This document shows, piece by piece, positions 60,516 through 64,000 of a stretch of 64,000 nt of DNA (within the stretch, counting starts at the first letter, position 1; each line of letters starts with the position of its first letter). The position numbers and the translations under genes were made by a program. Source of the stretch: Marinobacter sp. (GTDB taxonomy: Bacteria > Pseudomonadota > Gammaproteobacteria > Pseudomonadales > Oleiphilaceae); NCBI RefSeq assembly GCF_041686475.1, contig NZ_JAWLDU010000005.1, positions 16,919 through 80,918 of the forward strand, written 5' to 3'. The notes below the pieces were generated by a model. It searched no databases, was not told the origin of the DNA, and was given only the letters and a program-made list of their open reading frames with translations.

Positions 60516-63500
60516 GCGGCGCCCTCAATAACCCCGACAAAATCCTGATTGCCAATCGCGGGGCCATCGCCTGCCGGGTCATCCGCACCCTGCGCGAGAT
60601 GGGCATCACGTCCGTGGCGGTCTACGCCGAAGCAGACGCGGACTCGTTGCATGTGCGACAGGCCGACGAAGCTTACTCGCTGGGTGAGGGCTCGGCCGCA
60701 GCCACCTACCTGGATCAGGACAAGCTGTTTGAGGTGATCCGCAAGAGCGGTGCGGGCGCCATCCACCCCGGTTACGGATTTCTCAGCGAGAACGCCGATT
60801 TTGCCCGCCGCTGCGATGCCGCAGGCGTGGTATTTCTCGGCCCCACGCCGGAACAGATGGAGCAGTTCGGTCTCAAGCACACCGCCCGGGCCCTGGCACA
60901 GGAAGCGGGTGTGCCATTGTTGCCCGGCACGGAGTTACTGACAGACCTGGATGAAGCCCTGGAGGCGGCCGAAACCATCGGCTACCCGGTGATGCTGAAA
61001 AGCACCGCCGGCGGTGGCGGCATTGGCATGTCCCGCTGTTACAGCGCCGAGGACCTGGGCAAGACCTTTGAATCGGTACAGCGCCTGAGCCAGAACAACT
61101 TCAGCAACGATGGCGTGTTCCTGGAAAAATTCGTGGAACACGCGCGCCATATCGAAGTGCAGCTGTTCGGAGACGGCAAGGGACGAGTGGCTGCCCTGGG
61201 CGAACGGGACTGCTCCGCCCAGCGCCGCAACCAGAAGGTGATCGAGGAAGCACCGGCGCCGGGCCTGACCGACGACGTCCGCTCCCGCATGCACAGCACC
61301 GCCCGCCAGTTGGGCGAGAGCATTGCCTACCGCAGCGCCGGCACCGTGGAGTTCATCTACGATCCGGATACCACCGAGTTCTACTTCCTGGAGGTGAATA
61401 CCCGCTTACAGGTAGAGCATGGCGTGACCGAACAGGTTTACGGCGTGGACCTGGTGCGCTGGATGGTGGAACTCGGTGCCGGCACCCTGCCCGATCTGGA
61501 CGGACTGAGGAGCACGCTTACCGCCTCCGGCCACGCCATACAGGCGCGCATCTATGCCGAGGATCCCAACAAGGATTTCCAGCCCGGGGCGGGCCTGCTC
61601 ACCAATGTGGTCTGGCCCGAGGACGACGCCCTGCGTATCGATACCTGGATACAGCCGGGCACGGAAGTATCGCCCCTTTACGATCCCATGCTCGCCAAGG
61701 TGATTGTGCACGAGCAGGATCGGGAATTGGCCCGTCAGCGGTTGATGCAGGCCCTCGACGACAGCCAGCTCTATGGCATCGAGACCAACCTCAAGTACGT
61801 GCGCCAGGTGCTGGATGACCCGCGTTTCTTGGAAGGCCGCCTGTTCACCCGCACTCTCAATGAATTCAACTACCAGCCAGCCACCGTAGACGTGCTTAGT
61901 GGCGGCACCATGACGACCATCCAGGATTACCCCGGGCGGATCGGCTACTGGGAAATCGGTGTACCACCCTCCGGCCCTTTCGACAGCTACTCGTTCCGGC
62001 TCGGTAACCGGCTGCTGGGCAACCCGGAAAAAGCGCCGGGCCTGGAAATCACCCTCAAGGGGCCGGTGCTCAGCTTTAATCGGGCCACCCAGATTGTGCT
62101 CACCGGCGCACCGCTGAACGCCACCCTGAACGATGGGCCGGTCGGTTTCTGGCAGGTGATTGACGTGCCCGCCGGTGCCACCCTGAAACTCAGCGCCACC
62201 ACCGGCGATGGTGCCCGGGCCTACGTGCTGTTCCGCGGCGGACTGGACTGCCCGCAATACCTCACCTCCTGCAGTACCTTTACCCTTGGCCAGTTCGGCG
62301 GGCATTGCGGCCGCGCCCTGCTGGCGGGAGATGTGCTGGGGTTGAGCGACACCAGGCCGATTGCTGCGACTACCCTGTCCAACGAGCTGAAACCGACCAT
62401 CGGCAAAACCTGGAAACTGCACGTAACCTATGGCCCCCACGGGGCGCCGGATTATTTCACCGGCCAGGACATCGACACCTTCTTTCGCAGCGAGTGGGAA
62501 ATCCACTACAACTCCAGCCGCACCGGCGTTCGACTCATTGGCCCGAAACCGGAATGGGCCCGCAGCGATGGCGGTGAAGCCGGCATGCACCCCTCCAACA
62601 TCCACGACAACGCCTATGCGGTAGGCACCGTGGATTTCACCGGCGACATGCCGGTGATCCTCGGCCCCGATGGCCCCAGCCTGGGCGGTTTTGTCTGCCC
62701 GGTCACCGTCATCAGCGCCGACCTCTGGAAACTGGGCCAGCTCAAGGCCGGCGACAAGGTGCAGTTCGTGCCGGTCAGCCAGGATCAGGCGGTTGCCCTG
62801 CGGGAAGCGCTGGATGAATCCGTGGCCACGCTGACGGCTGCCACCGCGCACATCACGCCCATCACGCCGACAACCCCGATTCTGGATTCGCTCAGCAACA
62901 CCAACCATGAAACCGGCGTGGTCTACCGGGCCGCCGGTGACAACTACGTGCTGGTGGAATACGGTCCCATGGAGCTGGATATCCGCCTGCGCTTCCGCGC
63001 CCACGCCCTGATGCTGTGGCTGCGGGAACAGAACCACGACGCCATTCTGGAACTGACACCGGGCATCCGCTCCCTGCAGGTTCATTACGACAGCCAGCAA
63101 CTGAACCAGCGCACCCTGCTGGACCTGCTGATCAGTGCCGAAAAGGAACTGGAAAAGCAGCCGGAATGGGACGTGCCCGCACGCATCGTGCATCTGCCCC
63201 TGTCCTGGGATGACGAGGCCTGCCAGACCGCCATCGCCAAATACATGCAGTCGGTGCGCAAGGACGCCCCCTGGTGCCCGAGCAACCTGGAGTTCATCCG
63301 CCGCATCAACGGGCTTGACAGCATCGACGAGGTCAAAAAGACGGTGTTCGAGTCAAGCTACCTGGTGATGGGCCTGGGTGATGTGTATCTGGGTGCGCCG
63401 GTGGCCACACCGCTGGATCCTCGTCATCGCCTGGTGACCACCAAGTACAACCCCGCCCGCACCTGGACCGCGGAAAACTCCGTGGGCATCGGTGGCGCCT

Positions 63501-64000
63501 ACCTGTGCATCTACGGCATGGAAGGGCCCGGCGGCTACCAGTTTGTCGGCCGTACGCTGCAGATGTGGAATCGTTACCGCACCACAGACTTTTTCGAGGA
63601 AGGCAAGCCGTGGTTACTCAGGTTCTTCGACCAGGTGCGCTTCTACGAAGTCAGCGCCGAAGAACTGCAACAGATCCGCCGGGACTTCCCCAACGGGGAT
63701 TACCCGATCCGCGTTGAGGAAACCCGCTTCAACCTGAAGGACTACGAACAGTTCCTGGCCGACAACAACGACGAAATAACGACCTTCACCAACAAACGCA
63801 AACAGGCCTTCGATGAGGAGCTGCAGCGCTGGATCGAATCCGGCCAGATCAATTTCAGTTCCGAAGCGCCTATTGAAGACACCGGCGAGGACGATATCGC
63901 CAACCTGCCGGCGGGCCAGCACGCAGTGGAAAGCCATGTGGCCGGCAATCTCTGGGAATGTCTGGTCAAGCCAGGCGACACCATAGAGGCCCAGCGCCCG
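60506..64000 (+). CDS. uca: Urea/guanidine carboxylase (biotin-dependent), runs off the right edge
   Basis: Not in the ORF track because it has no stop in the window. ATG at 60506 reads [24 protein letters not shown]; further motifs [35 protein letters not shown] and PGGYQ; the biotin-carrier domain begins at the edge. Confidence 0.95.
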   Translation, partial: MELSGALNNPDKILIANRGAIACRVIRTLREMGITSVAVYAEADADSLHVRQADEAYSLGEGSAAATYLDQDKLFEVIRKSGAGAIHPGYGFLSENADFARRCDAAGVVFLGPTPEQMEQFGLKHTARALAQEAGVPLLPGTELLTDLDEALEAAETIGYPVMLKSTAGGGGIGMSRCYSAEDLGKTFESVQRLSQNNFSNDGVFLEKFVEHARHIEVQLFGDGKGRVAALGERDCSAQRRNQKVIEEAPAPGLTDDVRSRMHSTARQLGESIAYRSAGTVEFIYDPDTTEFYFLEVNTRLQVEHGVTEQVYGVDLVRWMVELGAGTLPDLDGLRSTLTASGHAIQARIYAEDPNKDFQPGAGLLTNVVWPEDDALRIDTWIQPGTEVSPLYDPMLAKVIVHEQDRELARQRLMQALDDSQLYGIETNLKYVRQVLDDPRFLEGRLFTRTLNEFNYQPATVDVLSGGTMTTIQDYPGRIGYWEIGVPPSGPFDSYSFRLGNRLLGNPEKAPGLEITLKGPVLSFNRATQIVLTGAPLNATLNDGPVGFWQVIDVPAGATLKLSATTGDGARAYVLFRGGLDCPQYLTSCSTFTLGQFGGHCGRALLAGDVLGLSDTRPIAATTLSNELKPTIGKTWKLHVTYGPHGAPDYFTGQDIDTFFRSEWEIHYNSSRTGVRLIGPKPEWARSDGGEAGMHPSNIHDNAYAVGTVDFTGDMPVILGPDGPSLGGFVCPVTVISADLWKLGQLKAGDKVQFVPVSQDQAVALREALDESVATLTAATAHITPITPTTPILDSLSNTNHETGVVYRAAGDNYVLVEYGPMELDIRLRFRAHALMLWLREQNHDAILELTPGIRSLQVHYDSQQLNQRTLLDLLISAEKELEKQPEWDVPARIVHLPLSWDDEACQTAIAKYMQSVRKDAPWCPSNLEFIRRINGLDSIDEVKKTVFESSYLVMGLGDVYLGAPVATPLDPRHRLVTTKYNPARTWTAENSVGIGGAYLCIYGMEGPGGYQFVGRTLQMWNRYRTTDFFEEGKPWLLRFFDQVRFYEVSAEELQQIRRDFPNGDYPIRVEETRFNLKDYEQFLADNNDEITTFTNKRKQAFDEELQRWIESGQINFSSEAPIEDTGEDDIANLPAGQHAVESHVAGNLWECLVKPGDTIEAQRP

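Noticed and set aside
61406-63193. 595-aa minus-strand ORF
   Set aside because: Shadow of the real plus-strand carboxylase (60506 onward), which the ORF track omits because it has no stop in the window.

Overview
GC-rich gammaproteobacterial chromosome segment, most like Marinobacter or a close relative (inferred from gene order, a wax-ester synthase and the ANDENYALAA tmRNA tag). 1-28.1 kb is core backbone: infB(partial)-nusA-rimP, tRNA-Leu, secG, tpiA, glmM, folP, ftsH, rlmE, yhbY, greA, carAB, dapB, dnaJ-dnaK-grpE, recN, fur, bamE, ratAB, an NSS transporter, smpB, WS/DGAT and tmRNA. Downstream of tmRNA (28-48.5 kb) is a patchwork with no integrase: SRAP, a sulfide/persulfide oxidation cluster (SQR, PDO, secreted DsrE-like protein and rhodanese, a broken TDT transporter, 1-Cys peroxiredoxin), an uncharacterised ATP-grasp ligase + papain-like protein + TPP-enzyme run, mqo, msrAB, chrA, a bacterial CDP-archaeol-synthase homologue and fumC. 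48.7-58.6 kb is an alcohol-oxidation/PQQ block (ercS-like, ercA, pqqABCDE + S9 peptidase, aldehyde dehydrogenase). The window ends in a guanidine carboxylase operon with NtrC-like sites, a sigma54 promoter and a guanidine-I riboswitch. Best leads: (1) a ~21-bp strand at the 5' end of the sigma54 transcript that is complementary to the riboswitch terminator and could override the riboswitch; (2) the ATP-grasp ligase paired with a 674-aa protein carrying an unannotated Gln-Cys-His-Asn papain-type catalytic set. All calls come from reading the sequence; no database search was run.
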